A program made the position numbers and the translations under genes. DNA of 64,000 nucleotides, from the NCBI GenBank assembly GCA_951406725.2, contig OX597826.1, forward strand, positions 23,994,001 to 24,058,000. Direction: 5' to 3'. Source of the DNA: Octopus vulgaris. Its lineage: Eukaryota. Numbering within the stretch: position 1 is the first letter of the stretch; every line of letters begins with the position of its first letter. Shown here one piece after another: positions 40,999-53,390 of this stretch. The notes under the pieces are model-generated. The model ran no database searches. It was not told where the DNA came from and saw only the letters and a program-made list of their open reading frames with translations.

Positions 40999-42052
40999 TT
41001 AAGGCACAAAAGAAATGACTTTAAACTTGCTAAAATGATATTCAAAGTGGTTTATATGATCATTTCCATGATGTGTGGAAAATAGACATGGAGAGTGTCT
41101 CTTGATGGACCATTTCATAATACGTTGAACACTCCTCAGAGGAATGATGATGATGAAAGATTAGGCTTGCAGTCATTGTAGCTATACCGTTATTGCCTTT
41201 AAGAAAGGCATGCATAAATGCCATTATTGCCATTTCTCCCTACTTGTTCAGGTGAGAAAGATTAATCAGTTCTTGACAGTGTACCTCCTATCACAAAAGT
41301 GAAGCACTTGATGGTTTGTGTTGTCCTAGAGCAGTTGTTTATCAAATGCTACATTACACACTGGGGAGCTGCAAGAGATGTAGCTAGGTGGGTTGTGGAA
41401 ATGGTAAAATTATTTCAAAAATATGGAGAAAAGGAAAAAGAAGAAAATGCTAACTGAAATTCTAAATATATAATGTCTAGATAACTGTTTTATTTATTTA
41501 TTGAATAAAATATAAAAGTACTTAATAATTTTCTATAGTTTAAGTTGTTTATAGTTAGAAGCTAAATATAGCTTCCAATATTAGTATTAGAAGATAGTAT
41601 TTGTATAAATACTATTTTTTTTTCTTCTTTTAAACTTTATGCATAACTTGTATTGAAATATATCTGTTTCTTCCTAAAGTGCACAGCTAGTAAAAGAGAA
41701 GAAATTTCAGAATTATTGCTTGACAGGAATGTGTGCGTGTGTCTTTATGTATGTAATATATATATATGTGTGTGTATATATATATATATATATATTCTTT
41801 TACTAGTTTCAGTCCCTGGATTACGGCCATACTGGAACATTGCTTTGAAAATCTTCTTAGCTAAGCAAATTGTCCTCAGTACTTTTTTCTTTCTCTTTTT
41901 TTTTTTTGTTTTTTGATACTGATTCTACTTATTCTATCAATCTCTGTTAAACCAACACTGGTTGTCAAGTGGTGGTGGTCAGGGCGAAAAATACAGGTAA
42001 AGACATACACACCACACACATACACACACACTGTGTGTGTGAGCTCAACGTG

Positions 42053-42108
<56 letters not shown>

Positions 42109-42489
42109 TACACACACCAGGATAAAATAGATCGATAGCAACATTTTCCTTTCATGGCAAAATATGCACCTAATTCAATAAAATCATGAAGGTTACTGTG
42201 ATTACTATGTATAAAATGCAAAATGTTTTATTTTTCTATAGATAAGGCAGGCATAATTCACCCCTGCTTTTCAATCTCAGTATTTAAACTCTGCATAATA
42301 CTGCTGTAGTACACGTGTCGCGTACATTCCTACAACATTTTCTTTGCGTGCTATAAAAGCAGTAGTAGATCTGCCAACAACTTAGTCTCGTACCTGTGTT
42401 TTGCTTGTTTTTTGTGTGTTTTACAGCATAAGGGTCATCAATTGCCTACCCTGAATAATTACTGACGGCATTTGTCTCATATATACATA

Positions 42490-42652
42490 GGCGCAGGAGT
42501 GACTGTGTGGTAAGTAGCTTGCTTATCAACCACATGCTTCCGATTTCAAGGTGTGGCACCTTGGGCAAGTGTCTTCTACTACAGCCTCGGGCCGACCAAA
42601 GCCTTGTGAGTAGATTTGGTAGATAGAAACTGAAAGAAACCCGTCATATATA

Positions 42653-42696
<44 letters not shown>

Positions 42697-42870
42697 TGTG
42701 TGTCTTGACAACCAATGCTGGTGTGTTTATGTCTCTGTAACTTAGCAGTTCGGCAAAAGAGAATGATAGAATAAGTACTAGGCTTACAAAAGAATAAGTC
42801 CTGGGGTCAATTTCCTCGACTAAAGGCGGTGCTCCAGCATGGCCACAGTCGAATGACTGAAACAAAAGAG
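42490..42870 (+). mobile_element. SINE family A
   Basis: Full consensus match from GGCGCAGGAG to AACAAAAGAG. Confidence 0.88.
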
Positions 42871-43216
42871 TATACATAATGCAACAAACTTCTACACAGT
42901 TTCTGTCTATCAAATACACTCCCAAAGTATTTGTTGGCCTGGGGTTATAATGGAGGAGACTTGCCTAAGTTGTTGTGCAGTGGGACTGAACCTGAAACCA
43001 TGTAGTTGCTAAACAAACTTCTTAACTACATGTCAGTTTTAATGTCCACTTTCCACATTTGCACAGGTTGATGGATGATTTTTGAGAAAGATGCACTTCC
43101 TGTCACCAACCATCACCTGTTTCCAAGCAAGATATTTGCTTGTGTATCCACCACCCTCTCCCTTGAGCACCCAACCCCCGCTTCTGTAAAGTCTACAAAG
43201 AAGATAATTTTAATTC

Positions 43217-43623
43217 TGTGTGGTAAGTAGCTTGCTTAAGAACCACATGGTTCCAGGTTCAGTCCCACTGCGTGGTACCTTGGACAAGTGTCTTCTACTA
43301 TAGCCTCAGGCCGACCAAAGCCTTGTGAGTGGATTTGGTAGACGGAAACTGAAAAAAGCCCGTTATATATATGTATATATATATATATATGTGTGTTTCT
43401 GTTTGTGTATATGTTTGTGTGTCTGTGTTTGCCCCCCTCCAACATCGCTTGACAACCGATGCTGGTGTATTTATGTCCCCGTAACTTAGCGGTTCAGCAA
43501 AAGAGACCGAGAGAATAGGTATTACGCTTACAAAGAATAAGTTCTGAGGTTGATTTGCTCAACTAAAGGCGGTGCTCCCGCATGGCCGCAGTCAAATGAC
43601 TGAAACAAGTAAAAGTAAAAGAG
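43217..43623 (+). mobile_element. SINE family A
   Basis: Consensus match. Confidence 0.88.
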
Positions 43624-43684
43624 TATCCTTGTAATTAGGTATTCAAGTGCAATTAAGTTTTCTTTTTAATATGTGTGTAGTTGT

Positions 43685-44346
43685 AGGCTCAGGTGTGGCT
43701 GTGTGGTCAAAATGCTTCCTTCCCAGCCTTGTCTTGGGTTCAATCTCACTGCACAGCACCTTGGGTGAATGTTTTCTACTATAGCCTTGGGTTGAGCAAA
43801 GCATTGTGAATGGATTTTAGTAGGCAGAAACTGAAAAGAAGCTGAAACTGAAAAGGCGGCGAGCTGGGAGAAACATTAGCACGCCAGGTGAAATGCTTAG
43901 CGGTATTTCGTCTGCCACTACGTTCTGAGTTCAAATTCCGCCGAGGTCGACTTTGCCTTACATCCTTTTGGTGTCGATAAATTAAGAACCAGTTACGCAC
44001 TGGGGTTGATGTAATCGACTTAATCCCTTTGTCCTTATTTGTCCTCTCTATGTTTAGCGTCTTGTGGACAATAAAGAAATAAGAAACTAAAAAGAAGCCC
44101 ATCATATTAATGTGTGTGTGCACACATGCATGTCTTGTCTTGAAGTGACGATTATAAATGAGCATCACCATCATACAAACAATGTTGTTAGTTACCAGAT
44201 TTCCATGAAAACAAATCTGGCCATCTGATATGTGAGGGTTGGTGACAGGAAGGGCATCCAGCTGTAGAAAATCTGTCTCGACAGAATCTCTCTGACCCAT
44301 GCCAGCATGGAAAAGTGGACATGAAACAGAAATTATGATGATGATG
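43685..44346 (+). mobile_element. SINE A' (family A head with RTE-type tail) interrupted by SINE B (43854-44082)
   Basis: A-type 5' half; 3' half ends GGTTGGTGACAGGAAGGGCATCCAGCTGTAG..GCATGGAAAAGTGGAC..(GAT)n; B is flanked by GAAACTGAAA / GAAACTAAAA. Confidence 0.82.
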
Positions 44347-45023
44347 TAATGGGTATTTTCAAAGCAATTTTTGTGTCAAAACAAGAAGAGTTCAGCAATG
44401 GGAAGCCGTTCTATATTGGAGGTCCTCCATGAATTGAGTGTAATCTAAGAAGATTTCATTAAAGAAAATTTTATAGAATATGCAGAAAACAGTAATTATA
44501 TTTATTATACAAATGCAATTATGATTATTGAATAAAGAAAAAATAACAATAATAATATAAACTGACCTGTTTATGACATATTGAATGAATAAGTATAATA
44601 CTGAGCAACCCCACCATCACCACCACCACCAAACACCAGGGTCCCCTAAGGAGGGGGCCTACTTGAAACCCAGCAGGACGAAAACGAATATATTAACATA
44701 CCATAGAATAATAATGTGTTATAATAATATACCATGTTATAACCATGTAGTCAGCAAAAATGCTTTTTTTTTTATATACAAAAATTCACACTTCAAGAAA
44801 TCTATACTTGAGAACCTCAAAAGCTACAGGTTCCTTAGCCTTGATATAGCTGATTAAGTTAGTCATAGAGTATTATAAGTAATTAACTTAACATCGGAGA
44901 ACTTAGCAGAGTTGTTGCTAGAGTGGCAGATAAGTCTTTTTGTACTGTTCTATGTTTTAGAGATGAGGAATTGTGTACATTATTTACAATGGACAGGTAG
45001 GTGTCCTCACCTTGTTTGTTGTT

Positions 45024-45068
45024 ACCACAACATTTCAGCTGATGTACTCTCCAGCCTTCATCAGGTGC
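45024..45068 (-). ncRNA. Minimal type I hammerhead ribozyme (core intact, CpG-decayed stems)
   Basis: Minus: CAC-CTGATGA-A-GGCTG-gagagtacat-CAGCT-GAAA-TGTT-GTG. Confidence 0.72.
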
Positions 45069-45422
45069 CCTGGTGGAATTTCAAAACCCAACCCTTTATT
45101 TGAGTCATATGGTACACTGTTCTCATTCCTAAGGTATTTTTTGCTGATATTATTATTATTTATTTATTTATTCATTCAAGTCACTGACTGGGATTGAACC
45201 TGAAATCTTGGAGTTAGTAGCTCACACTCTTAACCACTACACTATTTTCTCGTGGGCATATAGCGTAGTGGTCAAGAGTGTGAGCTACTAATCTCAAGAT
45301 TCTGAGTTCAATCCCAGTCAGTAACTTGAATAAATAATAACAACATCAGCAAAAAATAACTTAAGAATGAGAACAAAGTAATCCAGTAGTTAAATAAAAG
45401 GTTGGGTTAAAAATTCCACCAG

Positions 45423-45467
45423 AACACCTGATGAATACTGGAGAATACATCAGCTGAAATGTTGTGG
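45423..45467 (+). ncRNA. Minimal type I hammerhead ribozyme (stem II decayed)
   Basis: AACAC-CTGATGA-A-TACTG-gagaatacat-CAGCT-GAAA-TGTT-GTG. Confidence 0.62.
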
Positions 45468-45730
45468 TAACAATAGACAAGGTGAGGACACCTGTCTGTC
45501 CAATGTAAATAAAATCTTTTTGTGGTATTTACTCTGACCGTCTGTGTTCTGAATTCATATTCTATCAAGGTCAACTTTCCCTTTCATCCTTTTGGAGTTG
45601 TATCAGTAAGGGACCCGTTCAGGTTGGCAGGTAAACTGAATCGATAGACTGTTGGGCAAGTTGCCTAACAGTATCTGTTCTGGATCCATATGCTTCTGAG
45701 ATCAAATCTCACATGTCACTAGAATTTTAA

Positions 45731-45941
45731 CCCTTAAGCATTTAAACTAGCCATATCCAGCCTAAATATTCTACTTGTGTTATGTTCAAACCAGCTAGAT
45801 CAGGCCTCTTGCACCTATCCTACAATGTCATCCTAAAAATAAACAATCACAACACTGTAATCTTGAAGCTACAAGATAATGCAGGATAAATTCAAGACAA
45901 TAAAGCATTACTTTTGATGGAATAATTTGAATACTAAAGGG
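45731..45941. mobile_element. TTAA MITE, second family (TIR ~CCCTTTAGCATT)
   Basis: TTAA at 45727-45730 and 45942-45945; imperfect TIR; relatives at ~24040-24247, 30548-30727 and 31062-31575. Confidence 0.8.
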
Positions 45942-48042
45942 TTAAATAATGTAAAAAAAAATGTTTAAATAAATATGGAATATCTTTTAATTTTTTTTCT
46001 TATTTCAATCATTAGACTGTGGCCATGCTGGGGCACTGCCTTGAAGGATTTTAGCTAAGCAAATTGAACCCAGTACCTTGCTAGTGAAGGTGGCATAAAA
46101 AAAGCACTCAATACATACTGTAAAGTGATTGTATTGTGGAAGGGCCTCCAGCCATTGAAACTAAGCCAGAACAGACCCTGGGGCATGATGCAGTTCTTGA
46201 GTCCATTGGTAAAGACCCTATTCAGTCATGAATGACCATGTGATTGCACTTAGAGAGTTCCCTTCCAAGACACAATTCCAGGCAAGGTTCATTATGGAAG
46301 ACCGGCAGTCGCCCATGCATACCAGCCTTTCCTCTCCACACCACTGATGTTATCCAAGGGAAAGGCAAAGGCCAATACAGCTTTGCACCAGTGATGTCAC
46401 AACTCATTTCCACAGCTGAGTGAACTGGAGCAATGAGAAATAAAGTGTCTTGCTCAAGAACACAACACACAGCCTCATCCAGGAATCAAACTCTCTACCA
46501 CATGATTGTGAGCCCAAAGCTCTAACTACTGATCCGTGTGTCTTCACATTGAACCTATCAGATCCTGTCAACCATCCAACCCATGCCAGCATGGAACATG
46601 GACATTAAAGATGATCATGTTGATTTATATTCACATTTATGTATGTACATACATATATGTATATGCATACATGTATGTATATAAGTATGTATACATATGT
46701 GCATACACGTGTGAGTATTATGTAAACAACTGTTTAAGTGATGTTATATATGCACGTATATGTATTTATAAATAATTTCTATATCTAAAAACACTCACAC
46801 AAACACACATATATAAGCACATATACATACATGTATTTATGCATGCACATAAATATACAAGTGAGTGCACTTGACTGTGTGTGTGTGTATGTGTGTGTGC
46901 ACTGAAGTGTTATGTGTATGCATTAGTGTGCACTTAAACATCATGTATATGTCTGTGTGTGCATATGTTTATAACTGCAAGTAGGTGTTAATTGAGATTC
47001 CTTCAAGAAAACAAGCTTGTGCAAACACTGATTTCTCTTGCTCCCTCTCCTTGCCCCCCGCTTCGTTTCCTCAGTTCGTTCTGTATCTAATTACAAATAT
47101 CAGGATGGGAATGTTGTCACTTTGGTAGATTGGCAGAATTTTTCATCAAAAACACTCACTGGATGCCATCTATTCAACACAGCAACTCCTTTGTCATTCA
47201 AGTGTTTTCGCAGATGTCATTTTGTCACTGAAGTAATTTTACTCTGCACTTGTAGACAAGGTGTTGGATGTATACGTAATATTATTTGACTGTTATCGCG
47301 ATCTTGATTTTAAAAAAGTGCCTTTGCAGTTGATATATGACAGTTGCCATATTTTATGCATACAAATGTATATATCTTATATAAATCTCAGACAAGCGAA
47401 GGGATGGCTGGTTTGGTTTAGGAATCTCAGTTTGCAATTATTTGGTTTCAGGTTCAGTCCCATTGTGTGGTAGCAGTACCTTGGACAAATGTTTTCTACT
47501 ATAGCTCCAGGCCAGCCAATTCCTTATGAGTGAATTCTGTAAACAGACACTGGAAATCTGTTCTCTGTGTTTGTGTTCATCCTCCCACCATCACCACTTG
47601 ACTGGTGTTGGTTTCTTTATGTTCCCATAACTTAGCAGTTTGGCAAGAGAGACTGATAGAAAAAGAACCAGATTTAAAAGTACAGGTTGGTTTGTTCAAG
47701 CAAACCCTTTATGGTGGCAGTCCAATGACTGAATCAAGTAAAAGATAGATGAAAATCATATTTATTTTACAAGATAGCATCTATGTAGTCACTGGGTTTG
47801 CTAGAAATAGTAGCCAACTTCCTCTTCAAACTTAGAAAAAGGAAAGATACATTGGATAATATAATCTTGAGCTGAGTGTCTGAAAATAAAAGGCAATGAT
47901 GGAACAAGATTGGATGTATTGTGGCTGAAATGCATTGACCATTGATCTGTTTGACCAGTGCTGACTTGGTGTTAAATGGCAACAACATATCTGACAGTTT
48001 TCATGGCAATTTAGCTGAGAGAGAGAAACAAAAAAAAAAAAG

Positions 48043-48200
48043 AGGCATGGCTGTGTGGTAAGTAGCTTGCTTACCAACCACATTGCTCTGGGTTCAGTCC
48101 CACTGCGTGACACCTTGGGCAAGTGTCTTCTACTATAGCCTCAGGCTGACCAAAGCCTTGTGAGTGGATTTGGTAGATGGAAACTGAAAGAAGCCCGTCG

Positions 48201-48231
<31 letters not shown>

Positions 48232-48441
48232 ATTTGTGTATCTGTGCTTGTCCCCCCACCATCACTTGACAACAGATGCTGGTCTGTTTACGTACCTGTA
48301 ACTTAGCGGTTCAGCAAAGAGACCGATAGAATAAGTACGAGGCTTACAAAGAATACATTCTGGGGTCACTTTGTTTGACTAAAGGTGGTGCTCCAGCATG
48401 GTCACAGTCAAATGACTGAAACAGGTAAAAGAATAAAAGAA
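48043..48441 (+). mobile_element. SINE family A
   Basis: Consensus match; more decayed copies at ~33190-33525, 47398-47745, 48779-49160, 52671-53050, 56480-56670 and 63755-63888. Confidence 0.88.
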
Positions 48442-49254
48442 TAATAATAAACTGGATTGTCATGGCTGGAGCAATTTCGATGGAAAATCTATTCAGTTGG
48501 GGTTAATGCTGAGTGAAACAGCAACACCAACAGAAATTAAAATGCTTTTGTTCTGTTTACAACTGTGAAGTGTACCTCCACATGGTACTTTTACACTGCT
48601 AGGCTGACTGAGCCAGTGAGAGCTACATAGCCATCTTGGTCATGGACATAATGCAACAGTGACAGGATATGAACTGTGAACCCTTCACATGGAAGCTGGA
48701 TGTTGGGCAACTTGGATACTGTTGTTGTTTGAATTCTCACATGTATTTTGTACAGTCTGTCAGTGGTGACATCTTCGTCTTTTACTGGTTTCAGGAATTG
48801 GGCCACGGCCATGCTAGGGCACTACCATCAAGGGTTTTAGTCAAATAAATCAACCCCAGTACTTATGGCCTTTTTTTAAAGGCTAGCACTTATCCTATTG
48901 GTCTCTTTTGCTGAACCAGTAACCTACAGGGATGTAAACAAACCAACACTATTTATCGGGGGAAGTTATGTAGGGAGGCTATGCACAACCAACACACAAA
49001 TGCATGACTGGCTTCTACACACTTTCCATCTAAATTCACTGACAAAGTATAGCTGCCCTGGGGTTGTAGTAGAAGACACTTGTCCAAGGTGAAACAAAGT
49101 GTGATTGAACCTGAAACCACATGGCTGCGAAGTAAGCTTCTTAACCACTCGGTCATTCCTTTCCTTTCAATTAATTCTCTTAAGGCTAACCAACCTGTAA
49201 TAAAGTTAGCACTAGCATATCTAATGCAAGGAATAGGGATAAAGCTAATCTGAT

Positions 49255-49758
49255 TTTATTTTTGAAGCCTAGTTCTTTTTCTATCGATCTCTTTTGCTAA
49301 ACCACTAAGTTATAGCGATGTAACCAAAACAGCACAGGTTGTGAAGCTGGGTGGGGGGGACAAACACAGGCACAAAACACCCACACATATATATATGTAT
49401 GTGAGTTTATATGAATACACACATACAACAGGCTTCTTTCAGTTTCCTATTTCTTTACTGCCCGCAAGGGGCTACACACAGAGGGGAGAAACAAGGACAG
49501 ACAAACGGATTGTCAATTGTATCAACCCCAGTGCGTAACTGGTACTTATTTAATTGAGCTCAAAAGGATGAAAGGCAAAGTCGACCTTGGCAGAATTTGA
49601 ACTCAGAACATAGCAGCAGACGAAATACCGCTAAGCATTTTGCCCGGCATGCTAACGTTTTTGCCAGCTTGCCGCCTTAAATTTCTATCTACCAAATCCA
49701 CTCACAAGGCTTTGGTCAGCTCAAGGTTGTAGCAGAAGCCACTTGCTCAAGGTACCAC
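49255..49758 (-). mobile_element. SINE A interrupted by a full SINE B (49447-49678)
   Basis: A sequence resumes after B at TTTCTATCTACCAAATCCACTCACAAGG. Confidence 0.82.
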
Positions 49759-50853
49759 TTTAAAAAGATCAATCACAATATTTATGAATATCTAATAATG
49801 TTAATAATTTAAAAAAAAAAAAAGAAAGGCAGGACTGAGTGTGAGATGGGCTGTATTCCTGAGCATCATCATTGGTTTAATGTCCACTCTTCCATGCTTG
49901 GACAGACTTTATTAAAACAGATTTTCTACAGCTGGATACTCTTCTTGATACCAACTCCCACCAATTTCCAAGCCAGGCAGTGTTTACCCATGGCCAGACA
50001 TGTTTTAGTAGAATATTGGAAATGAATGATTGGAGCCTGGTACAAACAACCATCTGGCTTACCAGTCTTCAGTCAAACCCTCCAACCTATGCCAGCATGG
50101 AAAACGGATGAACGACACTGCTTGTATGACAGTGATATTCATTTACAACTATCATGCGATATCAAGACAAGAACACACGTGATGGGCCTCTAACAGTTTC
50201 CCCTCTTCAAAATCCACTGTCGCAGTTTGGTCAACCCTGTGCTATAATAAAAGATAGTTGTTGTTGTTCAAGCTGCTATGCAATGGGACTGAACCCAAAA
50301 CCATGTAGTTGGGAAACATAAGTCTTATTCACACTGCCATACAGTTTTTTCTTTTCTTTAAAAATATTCCCCGGCATTTGATAAGTTAGTACTAACTTTG
50401 TTACTGATTGGCTCGTCTTAACTGATTCAGTAGAAAGGAATAGCAGTGTTAATTTAAATCTATCGCTGTTGATAGTGGAAAGTACATATGTGAGTTCAGA
50501 CAACAATAAAAAAGAAAAACAAACAAAATTACAAGAACAATTCTGTCTCAGAGTTGTGAACCAAAAGTGAACTCCTTGTTCATTCACCTCGAACTAATAC
50601 TGCTGTAACTTATACTCCAGCACTGCACATTTTCCCGGCTTCTGACGATGGTGTCTGATGACACTGATAGCCAAAGCCATCCCTCCTTTCACATGGGTTG
50701 GAAACATTAATACTTCCCAACTCACTTTGCTCTGTACCTTGGTACATCCCACTGCATGGTATGTGCATTCTCCCTCTCCACCTATGTACATCATCCCCAC
50801 CCCCTTTGTAAAATTAGCTAAAAGGTTTGTCAGCCATGCATTAGTAGTACATG

Positions 50854-50904
<51 letters not shown>

Positions 50905-51659
50905 GCACACATATATATTTATATATGTATATGTACATATATGTATGTGTGTATATGTATAAATGGAGAGATAGATAGGTAGAACTGTATGTATGCATGT
51001 GTAAGTGTGTGTATGTGCAGAAATGTACATACCCATATACATATTAGGCATATACATGCATACATGCACATAAACAGATGTGTTTGTGCACATGCATGGA
51101 TGCACACACATGCATGTGTGATATCTGTCTACGTATATGTGCAAGTAAACAAACATCACATGAAAGCATATTTAAATATATAAACACTTAAGAGTAAAAG
51201 ACAAAAAAAAAGAGAACGAATTTCAAGATACCAACATATAACCGCACACATGCGCACCTGCAATTTCGTGTTTGTGTAGAAATTAATGTATATTTTCAGT
51301 TTAGAACTTTTCCTCGTCTATTAAAAAAACAATTTAAAAAACAGTTATGGAATTTGTCTATCACTCTAAGTAAAATCTATTCAATTAAACTGTATGCAAC
51401 GGTATATTTGTGCAGATATTTGCTCATGTGTGTTTGTGTGTGGTTATGTAAACAAATGTGTGCGTACAAAATTTTTTTATTATTTCCAAGAAGAGTAATG
51501 GATGGCTACACAAGTAAATTTCCAAACTTTGAAATGAAAAATAGTTTTAAATCTTAATAATAATAAAGATAACAATAACAGCGCTAGTCATAATAGTCAT
51601 AATAAAAATAGAAAATACTAATCTTAATAAAATGAATAAAGAAGAAATGTCCTGATGCA

Positions 51660-52180
51660 ATATCAGACAGTGGCTTTCATAGCTTCTGATCTTAACTGAT
51701 TGGAAGTGTTATTATCGTGGACATGTTTTGTCTTGGCGTAAAAGATGGGCTATAGCAAATATTCTGCTCAATACCACAGGTTTGCTAATCAGTTGCTTGG
51801 TCTTAACTAGTTGAGCATGTCTCTTAGTGGCTGATGATATATAGATCTCTGATCATGAGCAGAAGTAGTGAGGGAGCAACGTAGACATGTGTTAAGAGGA
51901 ATTCTTTGGAGTTTGAATAATTCACCCCTGGAGACATGGGTATTTTGTTCCTCATCCTTAAACAATCCTTATTCAGGGACCTCTTTAGCAAGATAGGCTA
52001 CTCGACCTGAAGAAAATGTTCCACCTGCAAGGTTATGTGCTATTCATCTTCATATAAGGTCACCGTTTTGTGCATATGTAGTTGTGATGCATGTGCCTGG
52101 TGTCCTCTTATCAGACAGGTAGCCATTATAGGTATATTGAGCTTCATATATTTGATGGCATGTGCTGCTCTCTCATTCAA
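51660..52180. repeat. Unclassified dispersed repeat
   Basis: GCAAATATTCTGCTCAAT..GAGCATGT..TTTGAATAA is shared with ~17715-17868. Confidence 0.6.
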
Positions 52181-53199
52181 TTATAATAATAGTTCCAAAT
52201 TTTGGCACAAGGCCAGTAATTTTGGGAGAGTGGGAAATTTGATTACATTGACCCCAGTGCTCAATCAGTATTTATTTTATCAACCCTGAAAGGAGGAAAG
52301 GCAAAGTTGACCTCAGCGGAATTTGAATTCAGAAGGTAAAGATGATGAAATGTCATTAAGCATTTTGCCTGGCATGCTAATAATAATAATTAATTAATTC
52401 TTTTATTGGCCACAAGAGCTAATATAAATCAAAACATTAAAGGACAATACAACACAATATACAAAGGATTTTGCAAAAAAACATTTGAATATAGAAAACA
52501 TTGTAAAAAAAACTCTCAATAGATTAGGCACTTTAAAGGTTACTCATGGAAAAACCCATAAAAGCCATGGGTGCCTGATCAACAGGCACCCTTCTTTTAT
52601 CTTTTTTTTTTTATAGGTGTATTCTCAGAATTGGTCCATCTATCATCTATACTCTCTCCTTTACTCTTTTTTACTCATTTACTTGTTTCAGTCATTTGAC
52701 TGTGGCCATGCTGGAGCACCACCTTTAGTCGAGCAAATCGACCCTGGGACTTATTCTTTGGATGCCTAGTACTTATTCTATCAGTCGCTTTTGTGAGTGG
52801 ATTTGGTAGATGGAAACTGAAAGAAGCCTGTTGTATTTTGCCGAACCACTAAGCTACGGGGACATAAACACACCATCATCGGTTGTCAAACGATGTTGGG
52901 GGGACAAACAAACACACACACACACATACATACATATATATATGTATACATATATATGACAGGCTTCTTTCAGTTTCCGTCTACCAAATCCACTCACAAA
53001 GCTTTGGTCGGCTTGAGGCTATAGCAGAAGACACTTGCCCAAGGTACCACGATGGCTATCTTTCTGACATCCACCCACCTTTCAACAAATTTGCTAGATG
53101 ACAACACTTACTTCTCGACACTCATTTTCCTTTTTGAGTGGAACTTGAAAAATTTGATTTAATAATAATAGCAAGGATAGTAAAAATGATAATGCAAAA

Positions 53200-53390
53200 G
53201 ATCCTGTAGGACTTTGTGATTCAGTGTGGCTGTGAGATAGAGAATAGGAAACCTGATATATTAATGATTGTGAAAGAAAGCAAGCAGTGCTGGGTCATAG
53301 ATATAACACATCCAACTGACAACAAGGTATGTGATAAAGAAGAAAGAAAAGTTGATAGATATGACAGGTTAACTTGCGTGGTTAAACAGT
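53200..53390 (+). pseudogene. RLE endonuclease fragment of an R4/NeSL-like LINE
   Basis: RKPDILMI......VIDITHP.D..V..KEERKVDRY is a PD..D..K restriction-like nuclease motif. Confidence 0.7.

Larger units (their letters stand above)
44947..45512. mobile_element. Head-to-head inverted pair of tRNA-headed, hammerhead-bearing SINE-like elements (copy 2)
   Basis: Palindrome centred at ~45251; right arm has A box TAGCGTAGTGG (45261-45271) and B box GAGTTCAATCC (45304-45314), (AAT)n, then CTGATGA...GAAA; the left arm mirrors it. Confidence 0.82.

Noticed and set aside
45252-45325. Functional tRNA gene
   Set aside because: A and B boxes are present but the acceptor stem does not pair and the sequence continues into a repeat body; it is a SINE head, as are the other tRNA-like heads.
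50594-50760. Plus-strand exon ending at G|GTATGT (MTLIAKAIPPFTW...)
   Set aside because: Unique-looking sequence with a donor-like site, but no recognisable protein and no supporting partner exon.
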